From Candidatus Multivoradales bacterium (lineage in GTDB: Bacteria; Acidobacteriota; Thermoanaerobaculia; Multivoradales; JAHEKO01), in assembly GCA_965223755.1 (NCBI GenBank), contig CBDCXF010000001.1, forward strand, positions 609,688-673,687: a stretch of 64,000 nucleotides of DNA, given 5' to 3'. Position numbers and translations under genes: made by a program. The notes under the pieces were generated by a model. It was not told where the DNA came from. It searched no databases and saw nothing but the letters and a program-made list of their open reading frames with translations. This document shows, one piece after another, positions 39,851 through 49,555 of this stretch (its first letter is position 1; each line of letters begins with the position of its first letter).

Positions 39851-41737
39851 TTGTTGCCGATTGGAGAACGCCGAATGACGCGATGGAGTTTGTTTGTCTG
39901 TATGTTGATTTTCGCCGCAGTCTGGAGCGCGTGCGCGTCACAGGAAGAACCTGACATGGCCACGGCCACCACCCTCATCGACCCCCACAGCTACTCCCGC
40001 CCCGGCAAAGTCGCGGTCAAGCACATCCATCTCGAGCTGATCGTCGATTTCGACCGTGAAGAATTGCGCGGCACTGCCACTTTGGACCTGGAACGCCACG
40101 ACCCCGAAGCCCCCTTGATCCTGGACACTCGCGACCTGACCATCGTCTCGGTGGCCGATGACGACGAGCAAGCCCTCGAGTATTCGCTGGGGGACGAGGA
40201 TGCGCTGCTGGGACGGGCTCTGGAAATCGCCCTACCTGAGGGCGTCGAGCAGGTCGTCGTCGGCTACTCGACCTCTCCGCAAGCGGGCGCATTGCAGTGG
40301 CTCGCTCCCGCGCAGACTTCGGGCGAGTCGCCGTTCCTTTTCAGCCAATCGCAAGCCATTCTCGCCCGCACTTGGGTTCCTTGCCAGGACACGCCCGCGG
40401 TTCGTTTCACTTACAGCGCCGATGTTCAGGTGCCGAGTTCCCTGCTGGCATTGATGAGTGCCGAAAACCCGCAGCAGCGTAACGGCGAGGGTCGTTACTA
40501 CTTCGAAATGAGCGAACCGATTCCCTCATATCTCCTAGCCATCGCCGTGGGCGACCTGGAGTTCGGCGCCATTGGCGACCGCACCGGCGTTTACGCCGAG
40601 CCTTCGGTGCTGCAGGCATCCCTGGATGAGTTTCAAGATGTGGACGCGATGATGGAGGCCGCCGAGCGCCTCTACGGGCCCTACGTCTGGGGCCGCTACG
40701 ACATCCTCGTACTTCCCCCCAGCTTCCCCTTCGGCGGCATGGAGAATCCGCGCCTGACCTTCGCCACTCCGACCATTTTGGCAGGAGACCGTTCGCTGGT
40801 CTCCCTGATTGCCCATGAGTTGGCTCATTCCTGGTCGGGCAACCTCGCCACCAACGCCACCTGGGACGACTTCTGGCTCAACGAGGGTTTCACCACCTAT
40901 ATCGAGCTGCGCTTGATGGAGGAAATTGCCGGGCCTGAATATGGCCAGATGCTGCAGTCGCTGTCATTTGGCGATCTGCGCTCGACGCTCGAAGACATGG
41001 GAACGGATTCCGCCGACAGCCAACTCAAACTCGACCTCGCCGGGCGCGATCCCGACGACGGCATGACTTCCATCGCCTACGACAAAGGAGCTTTGCTGCT
41101 GCGCACCATCGAATCCGAGGTCGGTCGCGATGCGATGGATACGTTTCTCAAACAGTGGTTCTCGGACAACGCTTTCAAGCCGGTCACCACCGATCAGTTC
41201 CTTGCTGCCTTCGAGGTTGCCTTCGGCGACCGGAAAGAATTGATTCGCGCCGTGCGTGAAGATTGGATCCACGGAGCGGGACTGCCGGCCGCTCACGCCG
41301 CCACCACAGCCGACGCGTTCGCGCCGGTGGATGCAGCTCTCGCCGCGTGGAACGGCGACAGCACCGTTCCACCCTGGGCCGACTGGAACACCCACCAACG
41401 CCTGCACTTTCTGAGGAACCTACCGAAGGACATCGACGCCGGCGCTCTGGCGGCGTTGGATGGGGCCTTGGCCCTCACCGACAGTCGCAACTCCGAGTTG
41501 GCCGCCAAGTGGCTGCAGATCGCCATTGGCGCTCAGTACGAGGACGCCTATCCCAAGCTACGAGAGTTTCTTCTCCGCGTCGGCCGCCGCAAGTTTCTGA
41601 GTCCTCTCTATCGTGCTCTCGCCGCGACCGACACCGGCAAGGACTGGGCACGCGAGGTCTACACTGAGGCACGTGCCGGCTACCACCCGGTATCCCAAGG
41701 CTCGATCGACGAGATTCTGGGCTGGCCGTACGAGTAG
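39851..41737 (+). CDS. M1-family zinc aminopeptidase (LTA4-hydrolase-like), lipoprotein.
   Basis: HELAHSWSGN...LNEGFTTY carries the HExxH-x18-E motif. The GGMEN exopeptidase motif is present. Lipobox-like signal MTRWSLFVCMLIFAAVWSAC. Confidence 0.8.
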   Translation: MLPIGERRMTRWSLFVCMLIFAAVWSACASQEEPDMATATTLIDPHSYSRPGKVAVKHIHLELIVDFDREELRGTATLDLERHDPEAPLILDTRDLTIVSVADDDEQALEYSLGDEDALLGRALEIALPEGVEQVVVGYSTSPQAGALQWLAPAQTSGESPFLFSQSQAILARTWVPCQDTPAVRFTYSADVQVPSSLLALMSAENPQQRNGEGRYYFEMSEPIPSYLLAIAVGDLEFGAIGDRTGVYAEPSVLQASLDEFQDVDAMMEAAERLYGPYVWGRYDILVLPPSFPFGGMENPRLTFATPTILAGDRSLVSLIAHELAHSWSGNLATNATWDDFWLNEGFTTYIELRLMEEIAGPEYGQMLQSLSFGDLRSTLEDMGTDSADSQLKLDLAGRDPDDGMTSIAYDKGALLLRTIESEVGRDAMDTFLKQWFSDNAFKPVTTDQFLAAFEVAFGDRKELIRAVREDWIHGAGLPAAHAATTADAFAPVDAALAAWNGDSTVPPWADWNTHQRLHFLRNLPKDIDAGALAALDGALALTDSRNSELAAKWLQIAIGAQYEDAYPKLREFLLRVGRRKFLSPLYRALAATDTGKDWAREVYTEARAGYHPVSQGSIDEILGWPYE

Positions 41738-41751
41738 GCCTACAAATGAAT

Positions 41752-41773
41752 AGAGCCCCCTTGCGGGGGCTCT
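41752..41773. terminator. Bidirectional rho-independent-type hairpin between the convergent M1 peptidase and acyl-CoA dehydrogenase genes.
   Basis: Perfect 9-bp stem AGAGCCCCC-TTGC-GGGGGCTCT, located 15 nt after the peptidase stop codon. Confidence 0.6.
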
Positions 41774-41802
41774 GAAACCAGCTTAGTTAGTGCGGCTACC
41801 GC

Positions 41803-43728
41803 TCAGCCGGCGGCGACCGTTTCGACCGCGGCGCTGGCTGCGACCTGTTCGACTTCAGGCTCGGGTTCGTTCGCCTGAGGCGCCGGCACCGCTTCTCCGC
41901 TGAGGAAGCGATCTTCTTCGACGAACAGGTGGCGGCCCTCCAGCACGTCGACCGCGTAGCGGTAGTTACGGACGTCGTCGTTGTGCCATAGGTCGTGGAA
42001 CAACTGATCGATGCGCCGCTGGGCTCCGCGGCAAAAGATGTCGGCGGAGCGGCTCGCCGATTTGGCGTCGGCGTCGCCCGCCTCTTTCATCGCCACCGCG
42101 CGCGAGGTCGAAGCGGTCATTGCAAACAGCTCGTTGGCGATGTCGACGAGGCGGAACAGGAAGCCTTGTTTGTTCTGCAGCCGGCCCTGATGAACGATCA
42201 TGCCGTGAAACACCTGGCGCGCCAGCTTACGGGCTCTGCGGTCGACAAAGCGCGCGTGCCCGGCCAACTCACCGAAGGAGGCATAGCGAGGCCAGCGACC
42301 CCAGCCCAGCCAGCGAGTCGGATACCAGACGGCGTAGAAAGCTGCGCTACGACCGAATGCACCGAGCTTGGCGCCCAGGCCTTGCTTGGGGTCGATGAGG
42401 GCGCCGGCGACATCGAGGTGCTTGTCCACCGCTTCCCGGGCCATGAACAGGTGCATGATCTCGCTGGAACCTTCGAAAATGCGGTTGATGCGGAAGTCCC
42501 GCATCATGCGTTCGACGCCGACGGGATCCACCCCGCGCTCAGCCAACGATTCCTCGGTCTCATAACCCTTGCCACCGCACACCTGCATGGTGTCGTCGAC
42601 TAAATCCCAACCCACTTCGGTGTTCCACAGCTTGCAGGCTGCGGCCTCCAGACGAATGTCGAAGTTGCCGGCATCGGCCATCGAGGTGGTGGCGCGTACG
42701 ATCGACTCCATGGCGAAGGTCTTGGAAGCCATGTTGGCGATCATCTGCGCGACCGCCTCGTGCTTCCCCACTGGACGGCCCCACTGGACCCGTTCGGAGG
42801 CGAACTCACGGCAGATTTCGACCGCCTCTTTGCCGGCGCCGACGGCACCGTTGGGGATCGACAGGCGACCGTCATTGAGCGTAGTCAGGGCGATCTTGAG
42901 TCCCCTGCCCTCTTTACCGATCATGTTCTCGACCGGAACCTTGACGTCCTTGAACGACAAGACGGCGTTGGCGAGCGCCCGCAAACCCATGAAATGACAG
43001 CGATGGTCAACGGACACGCCTTCCCAGTCGGTTTCGACGACAAAGGCGCTGATCTTGCCCGACTCCTTGTGCCGTGCCATGACCACCAGTAAAGACGCGA
43101 TGGTGCCGTTGGTGCACCAGAGCTTGGTGCCGTTCAGCGTATAGGTCTTGCCGTCTTCACTGAGTTCGACGCTGGTCGTCAGTCGTGCCGGATCCGAGCC
43201 CACGTCGTGTTCGGTGAGGGCGAAGGCGGAGATTTCTCCCGCGGCGCACCTCGGCAGGTATTCCTTCTTCAAATACTCACTTCCGAATAGCTTGAGCGGA
43301 TTGGGAACCCCGATCGACTGATGGGCCGACAGCAAAGCGGAGACGTTGCCGTCAACACGACCGACGTACTCCATCACCGCCTGATATTCGGCGTTGCTGA
43401 AGCCAAGTCCACCGTAGACTTTGGGAATCTTCATGCCAAAGGCGCCCAGGTCGCTCAGATCGCGGAGCAACTCCTCGGGATACTCGCCGCTACGATCCAT
43501 CTCGACCGAATCGGTACGATCCAGCAAGGCCACGAACTCGCGGTAAAACTTGGCAAACTCCGGCCTCGGCGCCTCGTGAAGCGGGAACGGATGCATGAGG
43601 TCGAGGCGAAAGTTGCCGAGGAACAGCTCTTTGAGAAAACTGGGTTGCTTCCAATCCTTCTCGCGCGACGCCTCCGCCAGCTCACGGGCTTCAGCTTCCG
43701 ACGCGTGGTGAACTTTGCCTTGACTCAT
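41803..43728 (-). CDS. Long-form acyl-CoA dehydrogenase family protein (641 aa). Start re-placed; the track ORF runs to 44145.
   Basis: MSQGKV... is preceded by a GGAGG SD. ACAD N-terminal, middle and C-terminal domains are present, plus a C-terminal extension (FadE-like). Confidence 0.8.
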   Translation of the reverse strand: MSQGKVHHASEAEARELAEASREKDWKQPSFLKELFLGNFRLDLMHPFPLHEAPRPEFAKFYREFVALLDRTDSVEMDRSGEYPEELLRDLSDLGAFGMKIPKVYGGLGFSNAEYQAVMEYVGRVDGNVSALLSAHQSIGVPNPLKLFGSEYLKKEYLPRCAAGEISAFALTEHDVGSDPARLTTSVELSEDGKTYTLNGTKLWCTNGTIASLLVVMARHKESGKISAFVVETDWEGVSVDHRCHFMGLRALANAVLSFKDVKVPVENMIGKEGRGLKIALTTLNDGRLSIPNGAVGAGKEAVEICREFASERVQWGRPVGKHEAVAQMIANMASKTFAMESIVRATTSMADAGNFDIRLEAAACKLWNTEVGWDLVDDTMQVCGGKGYETEESLAERGVDPVGVERMMRDFRINRIFEGSSEIMHLFMAREAVDKHLDVAGALIDPKQGLGAKLGAFGRSAAFYAVWYPTRWLGWGRWPRYASFGELAGHARFVDRRARKLARQVFHGMIVHQGRLQNKQGFLFRLVDIANELFAMTASTSRAVAMKEAGDADAKSASRSADIFCRGAQRRIDQLFHDLWHNDDVRNYRYAVDVLEGRHLFVEEDRFLSGEAVPAPQANEPEPEVEQVAASAAVETVAAG

Positions 43729-43882
43729 ACTTCCTCCGAAAGATTCTACGAATGCTCTCATCTGCGCGGTTCTTGCACGAACGGTTTTGCCGCATCGTGG
43801 CATAGTATTTTTCCGCGCTGCGGCAATGATAGCAAATCGCCGTGTTTTTCGCTTCGAATTGTGATGGCTATGGCCAGACCGA

Positions 43883-45181
43883 CTAAGGATACAGGCGCTG
43901 CAGAGTGCGCGGGTAAGGAATGGTCTCGCGAATGTGGTGGATGCCGCACATCCAGCCGACGAAACGCTCGATCCCCATGCCAAAGCCGCTGTGCGGAAAG
44001 GTGCCATGCTTGCGCACGTCCAGGTACCAAGCAAACGCTTCCTCCGGAAGGTCATGCTCGCGGATGCGGCTGAGCAGCAGCTCGTGGTCGTGAATGCGCT
44101 GGCTGCCACCGATGATCTCGCCGTAGCCTTCCGGCGCCAGGACATCCAGAGCCAAAGCGAGCTTGGGGTCGTCGGGGTCCGGCTCCATGTAGAACGCTTT
44201 GACCTCGGTCGGATAGCGCTGCACCATCACCGGCTTGGCGAAATGATTGGCCAAGGCGGTCTCTTCATCGCCGCCAAAGTCTTCACCCCACTCCACTGCA
44301 AACCCCTGGTCCTGTAGTAACTGGACCGCGTCGGTGTAACTGATGCGGGGAAACGGACTGGTCACCGCCTGCAACGGTTCCAGGTCGCGCTCCAGCACTT
44401 TTAACTCTTCCTGGCAGCGGTCCAAGATGCGAGCCACTATGTTGCATAGGAAGTCCTCGGCCAACTGGCACAAGCCGTCGAACTCGAGCCCCGCGACTTC
44501 CGGTTCGACCATCCAAAACTCGGTCAAGTGTCTACGGGTCTTGGATTTCTCGGCCCGGAACGTGGGACCAAAGCAATACACCTTGCCGAGTGCCGCCGCT
44601 GCGGGTTCAAGATAGAGCTGGCCCGACTGACTCAGATACGCCTCATCGCCAAAGTAGTCGGTCGAGAACAGCGTCGAAGTGCCCTCACAGGCCGCTGGAG
44701 TCAGAATCGGCGAATCGATGAGAACGAAGTTGTTATCGTAAAAGTAGTCGCGAATCGCCTGTACCACCTCGTGCCGCACTCGCAGGATGGCGCGAGGACG
44801 TGACGAACGCAGCCAGAGATGGCGATGATCGAGCAGGAATGCCGTTCCGTGCTCTTTGGGACTGATCGGAAAGTCATTGCCCAGGGAACGCCTCTTCAGC
44901 GCCGTGGCATGGACTTCCACTCCGCCGGGCGCGCGCTGGTCCTCGGAGACGTTGCCTTGGATCTCGACCCAGTCCTCCTGGGAAAGCTCTCGTGCGACCT
45001 GCCAATCTTCCTCGGAGAGATCGTTGGAAGAAAGCACCACCTGCACCGACTCGATACCGAGACGGACGGTGGCAAAGGCGATCTTGCCCGATGAGCGGGC
45101 GTGAACGATCCAACCGCGAAAGCGGACCTCTTCCCCGGTCCGCTCTCGAAATTCCTGAATTCGACTCACCTCGTGCATGGT
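43883..45181 (-). CDS. asnS: Class IIb Asx-tRNA ligase. Most likely asparagine--tRNA ligase; an archaeal-type AspRS cannot be excluded.
   Basis: N-terminal OB-fold. C-terminal GGSQRIHDHELL...WYLDVRKHGTFPHSGFGMGIERFV...IPYPR. Start re-placed to MHEV with a GGGAGAG SD. Confidence 0.65.
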   Translation of the reverse strand, partial: TMHEVSRIQEFRERTGEEVRFRGWIVHARSSGKIAFATVRLGIESVQVVLSSNDLSEEDWQVARELSQEDWVEIQGNVSEDQRAPGGVEVHATALKRRSLGNDFPISPKEHGTAFLLDHRHLWLRSSRPRAILRVRHEVVQAIRDYFYDNNFVLIDSPILTPAACEGTSTLFSTDYFGDEAYLSQSGQLYLEPAAAALGKVYCFGPTFRAEKSKTRRHLTEFWMVEPEVAGLEFDGLCQLAEDFLCNIVARILDRCQEELKVLERDLEPLQAVTSPFPRISYTDAVQLLQDQGFAVEWGEDFGGDEETALANHFAKPVMVQRYPTEVKAFYMEPDPDDPKLALALDVLAPEGYGEIIGGSQRIHDHELLLSRIREHDLPEEAFAWYLDVRKHGTFPHSGFGMGIERFVGWMCGIHHIRETIPYPRTLQRLYP

Positions 45182-45203
45182 CTCTCCCGCCCGTGAAGGC
45201 CGG

Positions 45204-45239
45204 GCGATTGTAGCAATCGCGAAACCTAGCAATCTCGAA
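45204..45239 (-). promoter_or_regulatory. Palindrome GCGATTG-TAG-CAATCGC followed by a direct repeat of TAGCAATC(g/t)CGAA, in the asnS leader.
   Basis: Read directly. It sits 25-60 nt upstream of the asnS start. Confidence 0.25.
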
Positions 45240-45303
45240 CATCTGAAGCAGAGGCCTTTCGCGATGCTTCAGCATCTCCAACGCTTGTTTCCGCTTTCGA
45301 ATT

Positions 45304-45930
45304 TCAATCCAAAGCTTGCAGAGCTGCGGCGGCTGCGTGCTGCTCGGCTTGCTTCTTGGAACCCGCCTCGCCGACTCCCGCCACCTCGCCGCCAATGCGG
45401 CATTCGACCGCGAACGTCTTCTCATGATCGGGGCCCGAGGTGCCTGCCAGGCGGTAGATCGGCGGTGGGTGTCCGGTTGACTGCAGGCGCTCTTGGAGCC
45501 GGCCCTTGAAATCGGGCTCGGGCAATGCGAGTTCAAATAGCGGCGCTGCCACCCGGGCCGCTGCGGCAAGCCCGCCTTCGAGGTAGACCGCTCCCAAGAC
45601 CGCTTCCATGATGTTGGCCAAAACCGAGGTCTTCTCCGCCCCTCCGGATTTTTTTTCGCCCACCCCGAGGCGGGCTTCGTCACCCAATCGGTAGTGCCGA
45701 GCCAATTCCGCCAGAGCCGCTCGACTGACCAGCCGCGCTTTGAGCTTGGACAGCTCCCCCTCCCGCTCCTGGTCGGTAGTGCAATAGAGGTGGTCGACAA
45801 CCACCAATTCGACCACCGCGTCGCCAAGCAACTCGAGCCGCTCGTTGTCATCGACGCCGTTTTCGGCGGCAAACGAACGGTGGGTCAGCGAGGTCTCGAA
45901 CAGTTCGTGATCCTCGAACTCAAAGCCGAG
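45304..45930 (-). CDS. rnc: Ribonuclease III. The start is probably the internal Met; the track ORF runs to 46029.
   Basis: RNase III signature ERLELLGDAVVELVV, C-terminal dsRBD. Confidence 0.85.
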   Translation of the reverse strand, partial: LGFEFEDHELFETSLTHRSFAAENGVDDNERLELLGDAVVELVVVDHLYCTTDQEREGELSKLKARLVSRAALAELARHYRLGDEARLGVGEKKSGGAEKTSVLANIMEAVLGAVYLEGGLAAAARVAAPLFELALPEPDFKGRLQERLQSTGHPPPIYRLAGTSGPDHEKTFAVECRIGGEVAGVGEAGSKKQAEQHAAAAALQALD

Positions 45931-45956
45931 TCTCTGCTCGAGTTGGGCACTTGGTG

Positions 45957-47750
45957 TCATCGCCGATGAAAGCTCTTTTCCAGCTCCAGATCCGACATGC
46001 GCAACATCACCGGACGACCATGTGGGCACGCATAGGGGTTGTCGCAGTCAAAGAGGTCGCCGATAAGAGCTTCAAGATCCTGATCGGGAAGGCGATCGTG
46101 CATCTTGACCGCGCGGCGGCAAGAGAAACTCGCCGCCAACACTTCCTCCAGGCGGGAGCGCAGGTCGCCGACGGGAATCGAGGAGGTAGACACCTCACGC
46201 AGAAACGCCAGACCTTGCTTTTGCGACAACGACGCCGGCATCGAACTTACTGCCACCGACCCTCCTGACAACACTTCGATCTCAAAACCCGCATCTTTGA
46301 GGATGTCTTCTGCGTCGGCCAAGCGCTCCGCCGCCGAACTGTCGAGATCGAGCATCACCGGTTCCAGCAGCGGCTGTACGTCCATCGACTCCCCACGCGT
46401 TGCGCCGAGAATGCGTTCGAAAAGAACTCGCTCATGGGCCACGTGCTGGTCGATGAGGTAGAGCGCGTCGGGACCCTCGACGAGAACGATGGCTGCTTTG
46501 TACTGACCGAGGATGCGAAACCGGCTTTGACGCCCATCGCGGCCGCTCAGAGGAATCGGCGTTCCCAGCGCAGGCTCTGCTTGTTGCTCGGACTGGATGA
46601 GGTTGGGTTCGGCGATATATCCGGCCATGCCGTCACCGCTCTTGTCTGCATGCGGCGGATCGTCTGTACGTCGCCCGCCGAGCCCGGTCCAAGCCGGAAC
46701 CACCGGTGGCAAATCATCGACTGCCGCAATTGGCGCCTCGTCCTCGGAGCGGGCGGTTGCCAGACCACGCCGCAAGCGCCGATAGATTTTTGAAGTCAGG
46801 GCCGGGTCGCCAAAGCGAACCTCATGCTTTTGGGGATGGACGTTGACGTCCACCTGATCCGGCGGGATGTTGAGGAACAAGAACAGCGACGGAAACTCGG
46901 CGTGTCCCCACTCGTCGCGCGCGGCACGGAAGAAGAGCGACACCAGTCCGCGATCGCGCAGCAGACGTCCGTTGACGAAGATCATCACCTTGCGGCCGCG
47001 ACTGGTCTCGTGATTCCCGATCATGCCCCAGATCGCTTCAGCCTCCTCGGGAGGATCACCAAACGGGATCAAGCGTTGGGCCAACCGCCGACCGAAGATG
47101 TCGTCGATCCTCTGACGTAGGGCTTCGAAGCGATCGTCCGTTGCTGGCACCGCCGGCGCCTCGAGTAACTTCTTGCCCCGTTGCTCGACCTGAAAAGCGA
47201 TCTCGGTATGCACCAGAGCGTAGGCCTGTACAACCTCGAGGCAGCGGCGTTGTTCGGTCGCCGCCTGCTTGAGGAACTTGCGGCGCGCGGGCACATTGGA
47301 AAACAAACCAGAGACCTCGACGCAGGTGCCCTGGGGTTGAGAAATCGGCTCCTCCGTCACCGTCCTTCCCCCATCAACGACAATGCGAAATCCGTCCCCG
47401 GCGGACTCCGCCGAACGCAGATCGACTCGACTCACGGCGGCAATCGCTGCCAACGCTTCGCCGCGGAAGCCCAAAGTGGCGATCGAGTTGAGGTCCTCAA
47501 GCTTGCTCAGCTTGCTGGTGGCGTGCCTTTTCAGCGCCAGGCGAACGTCGTCCGCCTCCATGCCGAAGCCATCGTCTCGTACCGAAACGAGATCGCGTCC
47601 TCCGCCCAACAGCTCAACATCAATGCGCGTTGCGCCCGCATCGATAGCGTTCTCGACCAACTCCTTGACTACGGACGCGGGACGCTCGACCACTTCGCCG
47701 GCGGCGATCTTGGTGATCAAAGAATCCGAAAGTGGGCGAATGCGACTCAC
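45957..47750 (-). CDS. mutL: DNA mismatch repair protein MutL.
   Basis: GHKL ATPase N-terminus LITKIAAGEVVERPASVVKELVENAIDAGAT, C-terminal dimerisation domain. GTG start overlaps the upstream stop (GTGA). Confidence 0.9.
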   Translation of the reverse strand: MSRIRPLSDSLITKIAAGEVVERPASVVKELVENAIDAGATRIDVELLGGGRDLVSVRDDGFGMEADDVRLALKRHATSKLSKLEDLNSIATLGFRGEALAAIAAVSRVDLRSAESAGDGFRIVVDGGRTVTEEPISQPQGTCVEVSGLFSNVPARRKFLKQAATEQRRCLEVVQAYALVHTEIAFQVEQRGKKLLEAPAVPATDDRFEALRQRIDDIFGRRLAQRLIPFGDPPEEAEAIWGMIGNHETSRGRKVMIFVNGRLLRDRGLVSLFFRAARDEWGHAEFPSLFLFLNIPPDQVDVNVHPQKHEVRFGDPALTSKIYRRLRRGLATARSEDEAPIAAVDDLPPVVPAWTGLGGRRTDDPPHADKSGDGMAGYIAEPNLIQSEQQAEPALGTPIPLSGRDGRQSRFRILGQYKAAIVLVEGPDALYLIDQHVAHERVLFERILGATRGESMDVQPLLEPVMLDLDSSAAERLADAEDILKDAGFEIEVLSGGSVAVSSMPASLSQKQGLAFLREVSTSSIPVGDLRSRLEEVLAASFSCRRAVKMHDRLPDQDLEALIGDLFDCDNPYACPHGRPVMLRMSDLELEKSFHRR

Positions 47751-48361
47751 AGGCGCAATCTATCCTGCAACATCCGATATACGAGCACCACGGGGCCGAC
47801 GACCACGGCCGCCGCAAGCAAGCTCGGTAGCAAGTGTTGCCAATCGGTCTGGCGCTGGAGCCACAACGCCACCGCCGTGGTGATCGCCGCCGCCAACCAA
47901 GTGCCTGCCAATTGCCCGGTCAGGTGCGCCCAAACAGCGGAACGAGAGATCCAGGAAATGAGCCAGCTCCCCGCGGCGGCGGCGATCCCACGGGCGCCAA
48001 TCTCCCAGACCACGTAGCGCGGACCCGCGCCGCCGAAGATCACCGGCAAACCGAAAAGAGACAGGGCCAGTAGCAGCAAGACCGCGGTCCCGGCCTGCCA
48101 GCCTCGGACGAGAAGGCCGCAGATGAGCGCAACCCAGAAGAACGTCAGCAGCCGCCCCCAGGTCGGCTCGACGTTCAGCATCACCAACGACGAGGCAGCG
48201 AGCAGCACCATGCAAACGCCGATGCGCCGCAAACCGACCAGAAGGCTGCGCAAATCGCCGGGAGACTCGTAGACCGAGTCTCTCCGCGAAGCATCGCGCT
48301 CGGCGGCGCTCGAAGCAACGGCCGAGGAGGATCGGAACGGAGATGGCGTGGAGGACGACAC
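47747..48361 (-). CDS. Polytopic membrane protein of unknown function, 204 aa, translationally coupled to mutL.
   Basis: 4-5 predicted TM helices. Its stop TGA overlaps the mutL GTG start. It lies within the co-directional ppdK-dipeptidase-mutL string. Confidence 0.45.
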   Translation of the reverse strand: MSSSTPSPFRSSSAVASSAAERDASRRDSVYESPGDLRSLLVGLRRIGVCMVLLAASSLVMLNVEPTWGRLLTFFWVALICGLLVRGWQAGTAVLLLLALSLFGLPVIFGGAGPRYVVWEIGARGIAAAAGSWLISWISRSAVWAHLTGQLAGTWLAAAITTAVALWLQRQTDWQHLLPSLLAAAVVVGPVVLVYRMLQDRLRL

Positions 48362-48391
48362 GGCGTGGTTTGAGGCCTTCGTTGGCGAGAT

Positions 48392-49555
48392 TTAGGAGCC
48401 GCCTCGGGGCAGAGTTCGAGCGAAAAAACGCATCGCATTCTCTCCCATCACCGCGCGCACCTCGGCTTCGTTGAAACCGGCATTGAGTAGGCCTTGGGTG
48501 AGGAGAACCATGTCGGAGGCGTCAAAGGGCACAGTGGTACTGCCGTCAAAATCCGACCCCAGGGCGACCACCTCGATTCCTGCAACATCCACGGCATGCT
48601 GGATCGCTTTGGTGATCGCTGCGACTTCGCTTCCGCAGGTAGCTTCACGCCAGAAGCCGACGCCGATTAAGCCGCCGGCACTTGCGACGCGCCGCAACTG
48701 TCCGTCGGTCAGGTTGCGGGGGCCGGGACAGGTGCCGGCAACGCCGGTATGGGAGAAGACGATGGGACGCTGCGCCACAGCCAGAACATCTTCGATCAGC
48801 GCCGGGGACGCGTGGGCCAAGTCAACGATGCCTCCCCGCGCTTCGATCCTTTCCACCACCTGGCGCCCGAAGGGGGTCAACCCCCCCTTGCCGACCCCGT
48901 GCGCCGAGCCGCCCAGTCGGTTGTCGAAAAAATGCACCAATCCGAACATGCGGTAGCCAACCTCAAACAAGCGATCCAGATTTGCGATCTCCCCTTCCAA
49001 TGCGTGCATGCCCTCGATAGCCAACATCCCGGCCGTGCTTCGCCTCGGCCCACGCTCGGCGCCTGGCAACTGGGCCAAATGCTCCGTACCTTTAACCAAG
49101 GAAATTCCAGCTCGGTGGACGCGGTGCGCCTGGTGCATCGCGCGTTCGAAATCGCTACGCCAACTGCGCCACGGCCATCCTTGTGTGATCACCAACGGCA
49201 GCATGGCGTCACTGTCACCGCGATTGCGTTGGTAGTTCTGGCCGCGGGGTACGCGGATGACCGCACCAAAAACCTGCAGGGCTACGTTGCCGTCCGTCAG
49301 CCGCGGCAGATCGGTATGCCCGTAACGATGGCGCCCCTGCGGCCTACGGTTCCACAAGAAGAAATCGTTGTGCAGGTCGACGATGGTGAGATCTTGGTGC
49401 AGCGCCGCTGCCGCAAACCCAACATCGGGTTCGATATCGCCCACCACGGAGTTCATTTTGGCGTCGACCCACGCCGGCAAAAAGCCGGTGCCAATCACCA
49501 CAACCAACGCCAGGATGATCGCTAAGGCGAGTCCGAGCCGCCGCCGGGGTGCCAT
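48392..49555 (-). CDS. M19-family membrane dipeptidase. The start is probably the ATG that overlaps the ppdK stop; the track ORF runs to 49618.
   Basis: DLHNDFF... and LGSDFDG motifs of renal-dipeptidase-like enzymes. N-terminal TM/signal MAPRRRLGLALAIILALVVV. Confidence 0.7.
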   Translation of the reverse strand: MAPRRRLGLALAIILALVVVIGTGFLPAWVDAKMNSVVGDIEPDVGFAAAALHQDLTIVDLHNDFFLWNRRPQGRHRYGHTDLPRLTDGNVALQVFGAVIRVPRGQNYQRNRGDSDAMLPLVITQGWPWRSWRSDFERAMHQAHRVHRAGISLVKGTEHLAQLPGAERGPRRSTAGMLAIEGMHALEGEIANLDRLFEVGYRMFGLVHFFDNRLGGSAHGVGKGGLTPFGRQVVERIEARGGIVDLAHASPALIEDVLAVAQRPIVFSHTGVAGTCPGPRNLTDGQLRRVASAGGLIGVGFWREATCGSEVAAITKAIQHAVDVAGIEVVALGSDFDGSTTVPFDASDMVLLTQGLLNAGFNEAEVRAVMGENAMRFFARTLPRGGS

